DNA of 64,000 nucleotides from Atractiella rhizophila. Its lineage: Eukaryota. The notes under the pieces are model-generated. The model made no database searches. It was not told the origin of the DNA and was given only the letters and a program-made list of their open reading frames with translations. This document shows, piece after piece, positions 50,579-63,000 of this stretch (position 1 is the stretch's first letter; each line of letters starts with the position of its first letter). The position numbers and the translations under genes were made by a program. The DNA is taken from NCBI GenBank assembly GCA_021432655.1, contig MU271203.1, positions 62,001-126,000 on the forward strand. The letters run 5' to 3'.

Positions 50579-51954
50579 TTAAGCTGCCTCAGCCTCCTCG
50601 GTTGACGCCAGTGCACTTTCCTCCACAGGCTTGGTGACGCCAGCGACAGGACCCTTCCTCGACCTGCCCCAAGACACCTTCACAGCTTTGCCACCCAACA
50701 CAACTTCCACCGCGCTCCTTGTAGCCGCACTCTCAGCAGCCTTCCTATCCGAAAAATTGACGAATGCGCAATTCGAAGCAGGAACGAGGACGATGGACTT
50801 GATGTTATGTGGTTGGAGGTCCGGCACGTTCTGGACGTAATGAGTCCGAATCTCGGATTCTGTTACGTCTGGAGGGAGGGAGGAAAGGAAGAGAGAGGTG
50901 ATGCTCTTGTCGTCAGGTGGGGTAAGCGACTTGGAGGCCGTGACGGAGGAGAGGATTTTGCGTGCAACGGGATCGTTCGTGCCGTAGTCTGGTTCGCTCG
51001 AGGATGTTGGACATGGCTAGTCGAGAGGAAAGAACTCACAGCGATCTTTGATGTTTTGCTTCGAGAGCTCATCTACAAGTGGATGAGCATTCCTTGAGGA
51101 TGGAGACTGACAACTCACTTTCAATTGGCAGTTCGTGACGGTATGGACACTCGTCTCCACGCATGCAAGCTCCCTTCGCGTAGAAAGAACAAAGATGTGG
51201 CCTTCAGAGTATTATATATTAGAACTGAAGCAACGATGCACAAAGGAAGAGATGTGACATACCGATTGCGCTTGTAATAGGGATCGGTGCGCGCAAGTTT
51301 TTTCAAGAGCTCCTTTCCTGCAGAATCTGCCTTTCCAAAGCTAACAGCTCCTTGACTTGTGTTCGCCTCCACCTACACACAGACATCAGTATTTCCTGTG
51401 TAGAAGGGAGGAGAAAGGGAGAACCTTGCCATCCATATTCTGCGCAAAGTACTCTCTGTTGATGTCGCTCGTTGGCGCTTGATTTTTCAAACCCAAGGCA
51501 GTATCTCGAACTTGAACTGGAAGTCCGAACTGGAGGTCCAGCAGGCAAGTCTGGCAAACATTTTTGGTCTTTGAGCACGTCTGGCAAATCTCAGTCTTCT
51601 TGTAACGCATTCCTGACCCAGGAAGCCAACGGAAGACGGTGAATGGACGTGTGCAAATCTTGCACTCGCCACCATAGTTTTGCTTTGACTGTTGGAAAAT
51701 AAGCACAGATTTTCTCGTCATATACGAAGAAAGGACGAACCATTCGAACGTATGGATTGTCTCCGAGACATGTCTCGCAAAGGATAGGGAACTCAGATTC
51801 TTCGAATCCAGCCTCTGCAGACGATAATAAGAAGGCTGCAGGTGAGGTGACGAGAAGGTGAATTAAGGCTCACTGTTCAAGTCGACTATTCCACGAATGT
51901 TAAAGTCAGTACCTCGACAACATTTCAGGCAAAGAGCTTACATTTTGGAGGCAT
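50579..51954 (-). CDS. SLT11: Pre-mRNA splicing factor Slt11/Ecm2/RBM22
   Basis: Motifs [49 protein letters not shown] and PYYKRNR; CCCH finger; RRM (CAFVNF, VSWGR). Confidence 0.95.
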
Positions 51955-52283
51955 TCTGGGACAGATGACAATGTCCTATTGGTGGTCGTGGTCGAAGTTA
52001 AAGCGTGAGTAAGGATCTAGCAAACCCTAGTGTAGCGCCATGTCCGGGACCGGATTAGGCCCGGGACGTAAAAGCGGCCAGATGGAAACAACATCCATCT
52101 CAATCGACGAAGCTCCCTAGCAAAGACCTCTGTTGCTTTTTTACAGATAAAGCGTCGTGCAGCGTTCCTTTGTGTAGATGGATGAACCCGGTAAGTTGCT
52201 CTCTTAGTTACTTGCTCCTGCTGAGCTAGCACGCTACCCGTTTTCAGGATATCACGCACGCCGTCGCGCTGAGAGAGAGGACC

Positions 52284-55200
52284 ATGAATTCCCAGCTGGT
52301 CGTCCTCAAGTACGGACAATCTCCCACATCTCCTACCAGACCAGAACTCCCTCGATTGCCAACAGATCAGATCCCTAAAACAATTGACGGAACTACTGGC
52401 TATGAAGTGCCAAATTATAGGCCTCCAGCCACAGTTGAGGAAGGTCAAATTCCTGGAGCTGGTGGTGGGGTTAAGAGGGGGACAACTCAGCCTCGATTGC
52501 AATTCATGTGAGTCCTGATATAAATTTCCGGAATTGGGAAGGCGTTGTATTTGTTGTTGCTCATCACAGTCTTTCTGTGAGCTATGGGCGAGTTTTAGTC
52601 GCAACCACTTTCAAAATTGCTCTAGAATGCGTACTGACTTAATTATTTTTTGGTGTGCAGGTGTGGGCCGATGTTGAAGTGCGTTTCATCTCTTGAACGA
52701 CTATAATGTTTGAACGCTTGAACGCTTGGTTGGCAGGTACGACTCGATAGTTTACTCAGAAAGACCGATCTGGATCGGCTACGCCATGATAGTCACCTCC
52801 GACAACCACTCAGACTACTCGCGTCATCCCTACCTCACGCTTTTCGACTCGCAAAGGCCGGAATCTGCCGTAGATATAACGGGGCAGAAAATCAAAGAAT
52901 TCAGATCCACCAGCGGTTCGAACTCTTTCTGGAGATTCAGGATGGAGATTCCACTTGTACAAGAGGAGAGGATGTGGAATTATCGGATTAACGTGAGTTT
53001 TCTTCGTCAGTTCGATGGATTGACGCGGTCGATCATTTTACAACGTCGTATCAAGAATTGTTTTCGACAATTGGTTCATGCAATCCTTCCCGTGCCAAGA
53101 ATTGCGATCGCGCTTCGTGCCATCCGCACGTGATGATACGTCTGAGCAAAGAGGACGTATGTGTTGAAGGACGAGGAATTTGAATGGTGCTTAGCGAACT
53201 TACGCCAGAGGGGCAACGTCCGCTTTGACAGACCACAAAGAGGAACGCTAATTTCGGGGGTCCAGAACGGTCACAGGCTGACTTTCTGGGTACCTGGTGC
53301 TAATCAAAATATGCGCTGTCAGTCTTTTCTTTTTTGACTACAATGTCCTGACAGCGTGACACAGGGGTTGCCCACAGCTGCAATGGCTTTTCAGCGGGAG
53401 TCGACACTGCTTCTTTCAATGGGTCCGATCCACTTTGGAATGACCTTCTTAAGAGGCATCAAGAACGCCCATTTCATTTGCTCGTTGGTGGTGGTGATCA
53501 GCTTTATTCTGATCCGGTCAGTGTCAATTGTTGTGAACTTATGCGGTAATTGACATTGACTTAGGTTATGAGAGAACCTGAGCTCACCGGCTGGTTGAAC
53601 GAAAAAGACCTTGCAGTCAAGCTTAAGATGATTGCTGGCGAGGAGATGGCATTTGCTATCGACAGATATTACTTTAACCATTACTGCGAATGGTTTAGGA
53701 AGGGTGCTTTTGGCAAGGCGATCAGCGGAATACCCATGATGAATATGGGTCCGTTTCAATACAGATTCCTACTAGAGTAGCTCATTGGAGCTACAGCTGA
53801 CGACCACGACATCATCGACGGGTTTGGAAGCTATCCTGAAGACCTAATGACTTCGCCAGTTCGTATTTTCCATCCACTACGGCCGCATGCTGATGCCTTG
53901 TTCAGGTATTCGCAACGTGAGTAAGCACATTCGCGCCGTTGCTTTGCTGACATACCTATCCTCATCAAGACTCGGAGCGAAAGCATTCGGATGGTATCAC
54001 ATCTTCCAAAACTTCCAAGTTCCTGAGCTGGACGGGAGCACCTTTGAAAGACCACATACATTCAAATCTGCTCTGATGGGTGGTGGTGTGTCTCTTCTTT
54101 CCCATATGACAGAAGAACAGGAACTGAACACGTTTACTTTGAAGAAAGCGGTTATGTTCCCTTCCGCAGCTACTCGTGGCTCGCCCCACTAGGACCCAAT
54201 GTCCAATTGTTGATGCTGGACTGCCGTTCCGAGAGGTAAATTTTTTTTCCAATTTGAAAGTCTCTGACAAGTTTGAATCTGCAGGAAGAAAGAGAAGATC
54301 TGTTCGGAGGAAACCTATGACCGAGTCTTCAATACCCTACACCAGAGCTTACCCCCTTCCACCAAGCACCTAGTTGTTCAACTGGGAGTCCCAATAGCTT
54401 ATCCTCGAATGAACTTTCTGGAGTATGGACTCGTTTTCACAACCTAAAGGATCCCTAACGTTGCTCTTGTAGGTCAGCACTCGAAAACAAGTACAATCCC
54501 ATTACGATGCTCGCCAAAACTGGAACGTTGGGGCTGGGCGGCTTTGTCAACAAATTCAATAAAGAGGTCTGTGTTTTCGTGCCATTGTGTTGGCGCTCAA
54601 TCTAGAAAGCTTAGGCCGAGTTATTGGACGATCTGAATGATCAGTATGTGACTATCGGAATTTCCAGCTGAACTCTGATGCTTTCTCTCTAGTTGGACAG
54701 CGTCGAATCATAAGAAGGAGCGTAATTGGCTTATTGAGCAATTTCAGAAAGTTGCCCTTGAGAGGCATGTTCGAGTTACTTTCCTAAGTGGAGAGTGAGT
54801 TTCTGAACTGTTAGATGTAAAACATGTGAAGTTGACCGATACGGCAAGCGTTCACGCTGCTGCATGTGGGAGATTTTTCAGCCTCAAATCGCTGGAACCG
54901 ATTCACGATCCCAAATACATGCTCAATGTACGTGTCATGGCTAAATGCATTTAAAGCGCTGATGGTCCTGCAGATTGTATCATCTGCCATTGGTGCGATA
55001 ATGCTTGATTCTTTCTCTGCCGCGCTGACATCTGGGAAATAGTGAACACTCCACCGCCTCGTAAGTTCGCGTTACCCTTTTGAACCGTTCTGACCTGTCG
55101 ACAGCTCCTGTCATTACGATGACGAACAAACTGGCGACGAAGAAACATAAAACCATGCATTATTGCGACACCGACGAAGTAAGTCGGTTTTTCTGTTGGT

Positions 55201-55473
55201 ACTTCCTCCTTGATGAGATATCCAGACAATGGAAGGTCTTTTTGAAATCGACACAGATGGCAACAAGTTGAAAAACAAATACATACTCGGAAGACGTAAC
55301 TACGCCGTGGTCGATTATTTAGCTCCCAACACAGAGCTACAGTTCACATTCCAGGTCGAGATAACCAAAGGAGGAGGGGACACTAAATCGTGAATACGCT
55401 GCTGTCCCTATTGTTGTCACACTCATCTTTACTTCCTAGGTACCCTATTTCCGCGCCTCAACCTGCATGGTAG
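52284..55473 (+). CDS. Fungal PhoD-like metallophosphatase, many exons
   Basis: Motifs CGPMLKY, FWRF, HSCNGFS, PFHLLVGGGDQLY, DDHDIIDGFGSY, LDCRSER, LGVPIAYPR, ELLDDLND and VTFLSGD|VH. Confidence 0.88.
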
Positions 55474-56071
55474 ACCACATGGACTGAGGAAATGTTGTTG
55501 TGTGTGTCCATTTTGCCCGACCTTCAGTGCGCAGATCGTTGTTGGAAATGATTGTATCCATTTATTTGTAGCAGAGAGAGATCTGCGAGCTTACTTCGCT
55601 TATTTCTTGATTATATTGGTGATTAAATTTGCAACTTGTGAATAATTTGGGACGCAAGGCCCTAATATCTCAATGCAAAGAATTGTTGGAATGTCAACAT
55701 TGTTATTCGAATCTGCTGTCTAGCGACGTCATGATTGAAAATATTGGGATCTAGAGGGTTCACGCTGTCGCTTGATCTTCATATTGGCTTGTGCCCCACA
55801 AACATCAATTAACATGTTACCTAGTCGGTATGTTCTTCCTTTCAGTTACGCATGTGGAGATCCAAGCCGGGTAGTAACTTATCATACGCATGGGACGCTT
55901 CGTAGGTGATTGTTACTGTTTCTGAGCTTGATTTGATAGATAGTGGCGTGTGTTCTGCTACAGCCATGCGTGGTTGTTCTGAGTCAGCTCCAGTCCTTAG
56001 ACGCCTCTACATGACCTGGACGCAGTTGTTGCTATCTCCATCCAAGCGCCAGGAAAGAGCCCAGAGGAGCA

Positions 56072-57162
56072 ATGAGCAATCTGATTGACAACTCGAAGTC
56101 CCAGATACGTCTCTCTGCGAAGCTATTTTCTGCTACAGAGTTTGCCGGCTTCCTGGTTGACAATGGGTATGATAACTCGAGATGCAACATGCTGGCAGGT
56201 AGGACGTTTGACAAAATCAATGACAACATTACAGGGGAGCTGAAGCCTGGAGACTTCTACATCGCTGTCAAAGATCACAATGATCGATTCATGTGAGTGA
56301 ACCTGCTTCCACAGTGGAAAATCAATTTTAACAGGCCTATAATAGCGTTGGGTCAAACTGTTACGACGGATTCATGTCAATTGCTTCTCACGTCGCCTTA
56401 CCCAAGGAAATGATGACTTCAGCTCTGCGATATCTTGCCTGCTATTTGATCGAAGAACTCTTGGTACCATATCAGTCCATACAGTCTATACACGGACCAG
56501 CTTCATATGTGGAGTATCTCCAAGGGCAACTTCTCTATTTTGCAAAAATTCGCGATATGAACGTTGTCCCACGGATACCAGATCCGGAGCCACTTCCGCC
56601 AGTTCATCTTGGAGTCCTCGCCACTGATGACGAGCTCTCGCGATCTGCTCATTGCCCAACCGAGCACAGGATCGAAACTCTGGAAGCTTACATCAGTTCC
56701 CTCCGGACTTCAGAAACTGCCGGCGTTATTTCCAAAGTCGAGCGTCTTCTTGCCGAGTTCTACAGTGACAGACCTGAAATCTCAGCTTCGGCAGCGCAAA
56801 AGGCTAGAGACGTTGTTTCTACTTACATCGAAGGGAATCAACAGAATAGTTTTTTCCTCTGCCTTCTTTCAAGTTCACTGGACACTGCGCCGCACGTAGC
56901 GGGCATTTTGGTGATGGGACGAGAGACTCGCAGGACTATTGCAATTCGTCACGTTTTTGTCTCACCTCAGCATCGCCGACAGGGTATCGCAGAACACCTT
57001 GTGCGACACGCATGCGCTCACTGGCTCCAGATTTCAAAGAAAGAGGAAGTTTGCCTCCTCGTCGAAGTCGGTAGTGATGCTAGACGAGTGTATCAGAAAG
57101 TAGGATTCAGGTGGGACTGGGTCGGATGGGAAGGTGATGATCCAGAGAAGGGTAATGTTTGA
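56072..57162 (+). CDS. GNAT-family acetyltransferase (paralog B)
   Basis: Motifs IRHVFVSPQHRRQGIAE and ARRVYQKVGF. Intron at about 56293-56345. A further short 3' exon is possible. Confidence 0.85.
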
Positions 57163-57243
57163 TGTCGTCCATTGGAGTTTGCTCATCCGTGTCATAGGAA
57201 TCCAGTGGGTCATTAGATAAAGCATGTTATCATTTGATGGCAC

Positions 57244-58843
57244 TCAACAAGCAGCTGTGTTATTTTGAGCCATTAGCCGTCTTTCTTCCCGCACTTCCAG
57301 TATTACTTCTTTGAGTCTCCTGAACCCTTCATCCGCCTTCTCCTTGCTCGCGAGAGAGAAGCTCACTCGAGCGTAAGAGCTCTTTGCACCTGAGGGCATG
57401 AAAGTCTGCTCGATTCACCATCAGCAAGTCACCTCCTCAGCAAGTAAATGCCTACCGTGCCTGGGGTGACCAAAATTCCTTTTTCAATAGCCTTGGAAGA
57501 AAGTGCGTGGTAAGTATCGACGTCACTCTCGCCTGAATCTGAAAGGTCGAGTCGAAGATACAAGAACATGCCAGCAGTCGGAGTGACCTTCATCTCCTCG
57601 TGAGGATATGTGCAGAGGACAAATGGATCGACATACCCAGGTCGCAAGTCCCTCGAGATGCTCCTTAGCTGCCGCCTCAAACATGTCTCTCTGACTTTTG
57701 TAGAATGCCGCCACTTCTGCACAATGCGCTTTCAGCCCGGAGATTCCCCATGCTTTGAACAGTTTTAATACCAAAGCCTGAGTTGTTGACGAGGATTGGA
57801 GCTGAGTGTTAGCGGTATGCTTATCAACGATGTCAAGAATCGCCGGAGGACCCGTAAGGAAGCCGACTCGCAAACCTATTATATATTGTGTCAGCCCGGA
57901 GATGAATATGGAAAGCGATCGAAGGAGAGAGTACCGGCGCTGAGGATTTTGGACATTGAATCCAAACGCAAGACTCGCGATCGACCCTCTCCCTCGTCCA
58001 ACTCAAAGAAACTTGCTGGACGTTCTCCTTCTCCATAATATACGAAGCCGTAAGCTTCATCTTCGACTAGTAAAAGATTCCACCGCCTAACAATCTCCAT
58101 GATACGCTTCTTCCGAGCCGTGCCAGTGCAGTATCCCGAAGGGTTCTGACCTGAAGGTTGGACGTAGAGGACCTTTGGAAAAGGAAGGGAAGGGCGGAGA
58201 GTCTTCCAATTTGAAAGAAGAGTTTCAAGGGTATCGGGCACGATGCCTTCATGGTCGGTTTTTAATTCGATGGGGACGCAATCCGTCTGCGTTAATGAGC
58301 TCAATACTCCCCTGCACCACATCAAGATTTGGACAGACCTGACGAAGGTGACGGAACATACGGATAAACTGGTGTTTCCAGTAGCACAGGCTCTCCAGGG
58401 TTGATGAGAGCGGCAAATACTTTGGTCAGGAGGTCGAGAGATCCAGCACCGGCGGAAACGCGCCAACCGTCTCCTCGTCTCCGGTTATGCTCGACCGCCT
58501 CGAAGGTTTCCCACCATTCGGTCAGCTCTGGCAGAGTTGCGTTGCGAGCGTTAAGATATTGTAAGGCGTCGTAGAGCTCCTGTCCTTCGAGCGTGCACAC
58601 TTCGTCGCTGTCGGCTAGCCCAAACGAGATGAAACGGAATGGGAAAGATACTGGGTTTGGCTGTTCCAATAAAACTTTAGCTTCAAATCGGTACGATAGA
58701 GCTATGCATACTTTTCCAGTGAGAAAGGATATCATTCCTGGTTGTTCTTCGAGAGGGAGCAAGTGTCGAATAGGAGCAGGAGTCCATTTTCTACCCGATT
58801 TCGAAATAAAAGAATCATAATCGACAGCGCCAGAGTAACCCAT
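57244..58843 (-). CDS. PLP-dependent class I aminotransferase (aromatic/2-aminoadipate, Aro8/Aro9/AADAT-like)
   Basis: Motifs MISFLTG.PN, ALQY, GQNPSG and EDEAY; PLP lysine motif DSMSKILSAG|LRVG; AGMFLY and RVSFS. Confidence 0.92.
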
Positions 58844-60086
58844 TTTGAAAAGCAGAGAGGCGGAAGGAATAGCGTAGGAGGAAAGTGAACGATTCAGGGA
58901 TCGCTTTATAATACCCTCTGGAGAAAGAGTCTCGGGGAGATTAGAACAGACTGCTCGGGGAGATTGGCTGGCTTCAATCGGAGCACGGCACGAAAGCAGA
59001 TATCGCAGCGGGGAGATAACTCATTTCTCCCGCGACGGTCGTGGGCGCTCAGGGAAGGATATCAAAGGTTGTGCTACTCAGATGCGTGGGCCGGAGTGCT
59101 ACAACGACTCGGCGGCTCCCCCCACTATAGGAAAGAAAGATGGTGTTTAGATTGTATGCGAAATCTGATTCTTTAGTCGTACTTGGTCTTGTCACCTCGA
59201 CGCAGAATGGGGATCATGCTTGGTATTATTACGAGAGCTCCTCCAGAAGGAATACGCCAGGAATCCCAAGAGAACCTTGTGAAGTGTCAACCTATCACGG
59301 ACAACGGGAACGAAAGAATTAATTGGACGCCAACTTATGTCCGCATAAACTATGCTTTCAGGAAGGTATTTGAAGGCTGAAAAGTCATCTTAGCTTCTAC
59401 TGGCTAGGAGTTTAGTAGGAAAGTAAGCAACAATCTGACTTGACGAATCCGGGCAGGAAAACAACACGCGAAGAGCAGAGCCTGAAGCAAGGAATAGCTC
59501 AACGTTCAAGCTGTTAACAGGCAAAATATAAGAACGATGGGCACGACACACCTTCCCCCAAAGCAAAAGAAGGCAGTTTCAATAGCTGAGCAGGTCTGAG
59601 CAACTCATATCCCTGCATCATGTCGCCTATACTCCTCTATTGCGAGCGGCGGCTTCAGCCCTTATGCGCACCTATTTTACTTCTCTCTGTGCTCCTCGTC
59701 ATGTTCGTCAACAAAGGTTCGAGGTCAAATCCTGATCAAAATGGCGAAATTGGCAGAAAACGCCAAGACAAAGGGAGAAAACAACTCCGCTTCGGTCGCG
59801 GCCAGCGTCCGACCACAACACTCGCTTCACGCCAGCCAAGCAAGTAATTAGCAGGCAGGACGACCAAATCAGCTCTTCTGCCTCAGCATCTCCCCATCTC
59901 CCTTCTCTGGTCCACCTTTCTCTTCCATTACTTCGGCAGGTCCAAAGTGATTTTTTCATTCACAGCCTCCAGCTCCACAGGTGACTGTTTTCCAGATCAC
60001 ACCCCGCTGTGTCAGCTCCATATATTCCAAGACTGACCCTTCCACAGATATCACGACTTTCTCGTTCGCAGCTTAGCAAAACGCGT

Positions 60087-63000
60087 ATGCAATCCCTTCA
60101 TCAGAAAAGTTGGACGAATTCCAATAACAAGAGACCCATCAAAGCGCACGACGATTCCAGCTCTGGATTTGATAACCAAAAGGAAGGATCACCAAGCAAG
60201 AAGTTGAAGGCTTCCAACCAAGAATTGCTCGAAAACGACCAAAGTGTGAGTGTTTCACCGATCCTCACAAAGAAAGGTGGCGTGCGTGCGGTCTTTGTGT
60301 TGGCTGCGGCAGTGTGATGCCTGGATGATCGAGGTCTCCGCGTCAACTGACTTGTTCTCCTCTTCATAAGCGAACAGCCTTGAGTAACGCAAGTACTGAC
60401 TGGTGGGCATGATAGTTGACCTCGCCTCAAGATATCACGATGACCTCCCTCGTTCTCCCTCCTCCTCAAAAACGGCGCGGCCCACCGTCCCTCAATCTCT
60501 CCTCAGTCTCCGCTCCACAGACCCCAAAACCTCTTGTGCTGCAGTCTCAGAAATCGTCTACCATGGTTCCTTACAACCCGGACGAAAACGAATCGTCACT
60601 CAGCGACTTCTCCGACAAGAGTCCGAACGAGATCTCCTTTGTCAGCGCTCCAACCAGCCCGGACGTGAACTCGACCACATTTTCTTCCACCTCATCCAAC
60701 ACTTCCTCTGCGCCAATCCCTCAACTGACGGTCCCGACATTGCAATTGCCTTCCTCCGCCTCTGCATCCACTTCTGACTCTACAGACGCCGCTCCTCCCG
60801 CACTCAAATTACAAGCTCCCTCACTTGCCGCTCGCCGAAAGGGAAAAATACCTCTTCCGCTTCCTCTTGATCGCATAGGGGAAGAGTCACCGGTGTACGA
60901 GAATTCTGAGCGACCTTCGATCCCTATCCCCAAACCTGACATTCCACCAGCTCCACTTTCCGCCAATCCTCTCAATTACGGAAGGCCGAAAATGAAGAAG
61001 AACCTCAATAAGAAAATGCTTTCTCTTACCGTCAACCCTGCCCTCGCCGAAACCCAATCCTGTCCCCCATCACCTGGCATCTTTGCCCTGCTTCCGGATG
61101 AGGGAGACGAGGAGGATGGGGCGGGGAAGGACGAGTTTAAAGCTAAGATGATGTTGAAGGTGAAGGCGGAAGAGATGCGAGATCGACTTTCAGGTAAGAA
61201 TGGAGGAATGGGAAGGAGGAAATCCATACCTGGTGGAATGAGTTTAGCAACTCATGTTGCTGGGACCGCGCCAATTGACGATCAAGAGGAGGAAGATGAG
61301 GAATTCCCGTATCAACATGGACCGAAGGAGATCTTGAAAGGCCTCTACCTTGGAAGTGAGGGGAATGCGAAAGATGGAGAGATGCTGAGAAGAGAGGGGA
61401 TCAAGTGGATCCTCAATGTTGCGGTGGAAGTGGTTGTGCCCTGGGAGGATGGGAACGTGGTTGATGGGATCGAAGGCTGGAACAAGCTGGATGAACAGGT
61501 ACCCCGTCTAGCAATCGAGAAAGTGGACGGAGACCGCACCCCTCTCAGCTCAGCTCAGCCAACCTTCAAGCTCGCCTTGGACGACCGGCCCCCTATGAGC
61601 TCCATCGAACCCTCGTTTGGAGGACTGCCCTTTGGTCGAGACGACGACGACCGACCACCCATGAGCTCGATCGAGCCGTCGTTCGGTGGACTTCCCTTCA
61701 CGCGAGAAGCAGATGAACCTGCCCCTCTGAAGAGCTTCCTTCTGCCTTCTTTGGGTGGATTATCATCTGCAGATGAAGACGACGATCGACCACCAATGAG
61801 TTCTATTGAACCCACCTTCGCTGGTCTACCATTTGGAAGGGATGAAGATCGTGGACCGAAGAGTTCGTTGGCCCCGTCGTTTGGCGGCCTGCCTTTCAAG
61901 AGAGACGATGATGACGATGATCGTCCCCCGATGAGTTCGATCGAGCCCACATTCGGAGGATTGCCTTTTGGAAGAGATGAAGACAGAGGACCGAAGAGCT
62001 CGCTTGCTCCCTCTTTCGGGGCTTTGCCGTTCAGGAGAGACGACGATGATCACCCTCCGATGAGTTCCATCGAACCCACTTTTGGAGGATTGCCTTTCGG
62101 AAGAGATGAAGATAGAGGACCAAAGAGCTCGCTCGCTCCTTCCTTCGGGGCGCTTCCATTCAGGAGAGAAGAAGACGACGACAAGCCACCCATGAGTTCG
62201 ATCGAACCTTCCTTCGGTGGACTACCATTTAAGAGAGATGAACCTGCGCCGATGAGCTCGATCGAGCCCAGCTTCGGTGCATTACCCTTCAAACGGGATG
62301 ACGAGGACGGGACTGCCCCCATGAGTGCCGTCGAGTCGACATTCTTTTCCCTGCCCGTCAACAATCGTCCCTCCATTCCACGATCGGAAAGGGCGCCGGA
62401 GCCTATCATGGAAGAACCGATGGAGTATACCATCTCGATTTCCCCTCCGCAGGAGCCCGCCGCTTCTCCCCAAGTTTCTCCCAATAGATCGAAGTCAATG
62501 TTGATGCGTACTGCCACGTCAACTCCAAATCTGAAAGCTTCATTTGAGGAGGAGGAAGATGCGCCTTCTCCTTCGAGGACTAGGAAGTTTACTCTTCCTC
62601 TTCCTATCGTAGATAATGGACCAAAGGTACTCGACTTGAGATTCGAAGAGATGGGGAGTCGCCCGGCCGTCAATTACCGAAAACTGTTCTGGGGACATGA
62701 TCAGAAAGATGTTGTTGACCAGTTTGAGAAGGCTTTCGAGTTTATTGAAGCTGCACGCAGCAGGGGCGAAGGAGTTTTGGTGCATTGCCAATGCGGTATC
62801 TCAAGGTTTGTTGTTGCTTCCTTAATAGATGGCGCCGAACGTTGATTCTGAATACAGGAGCGGATGCGCTGTCATTCTCTATGTGATGAAGAAGGCATCA
62901 GAAGGTCGGATCAAAAAGATGGGATCAGAATGGGAGGGCGGAGAACTGGTTGAAGTGACGACGGAGTGGAGCTCTGCCTATGACTTTGCCAGAAAGAAGA

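Noticed and set aside
42005..55473. Phosphate regulon cluster (PHO81 plus PhoD-like)
   Set aside because: They are separated by four unrelated genes, and no enrichment of Pho4 CACGTG sites was noticed in the promoters.
61535..62359. CRISPR-like array or stand-alone secreted Kex2 repeat precursor
   Set aside because: Eukaryotic, in frame within a phosphatase ORF, conserved at protein rather than DNA level, and lacking a signal peptide.
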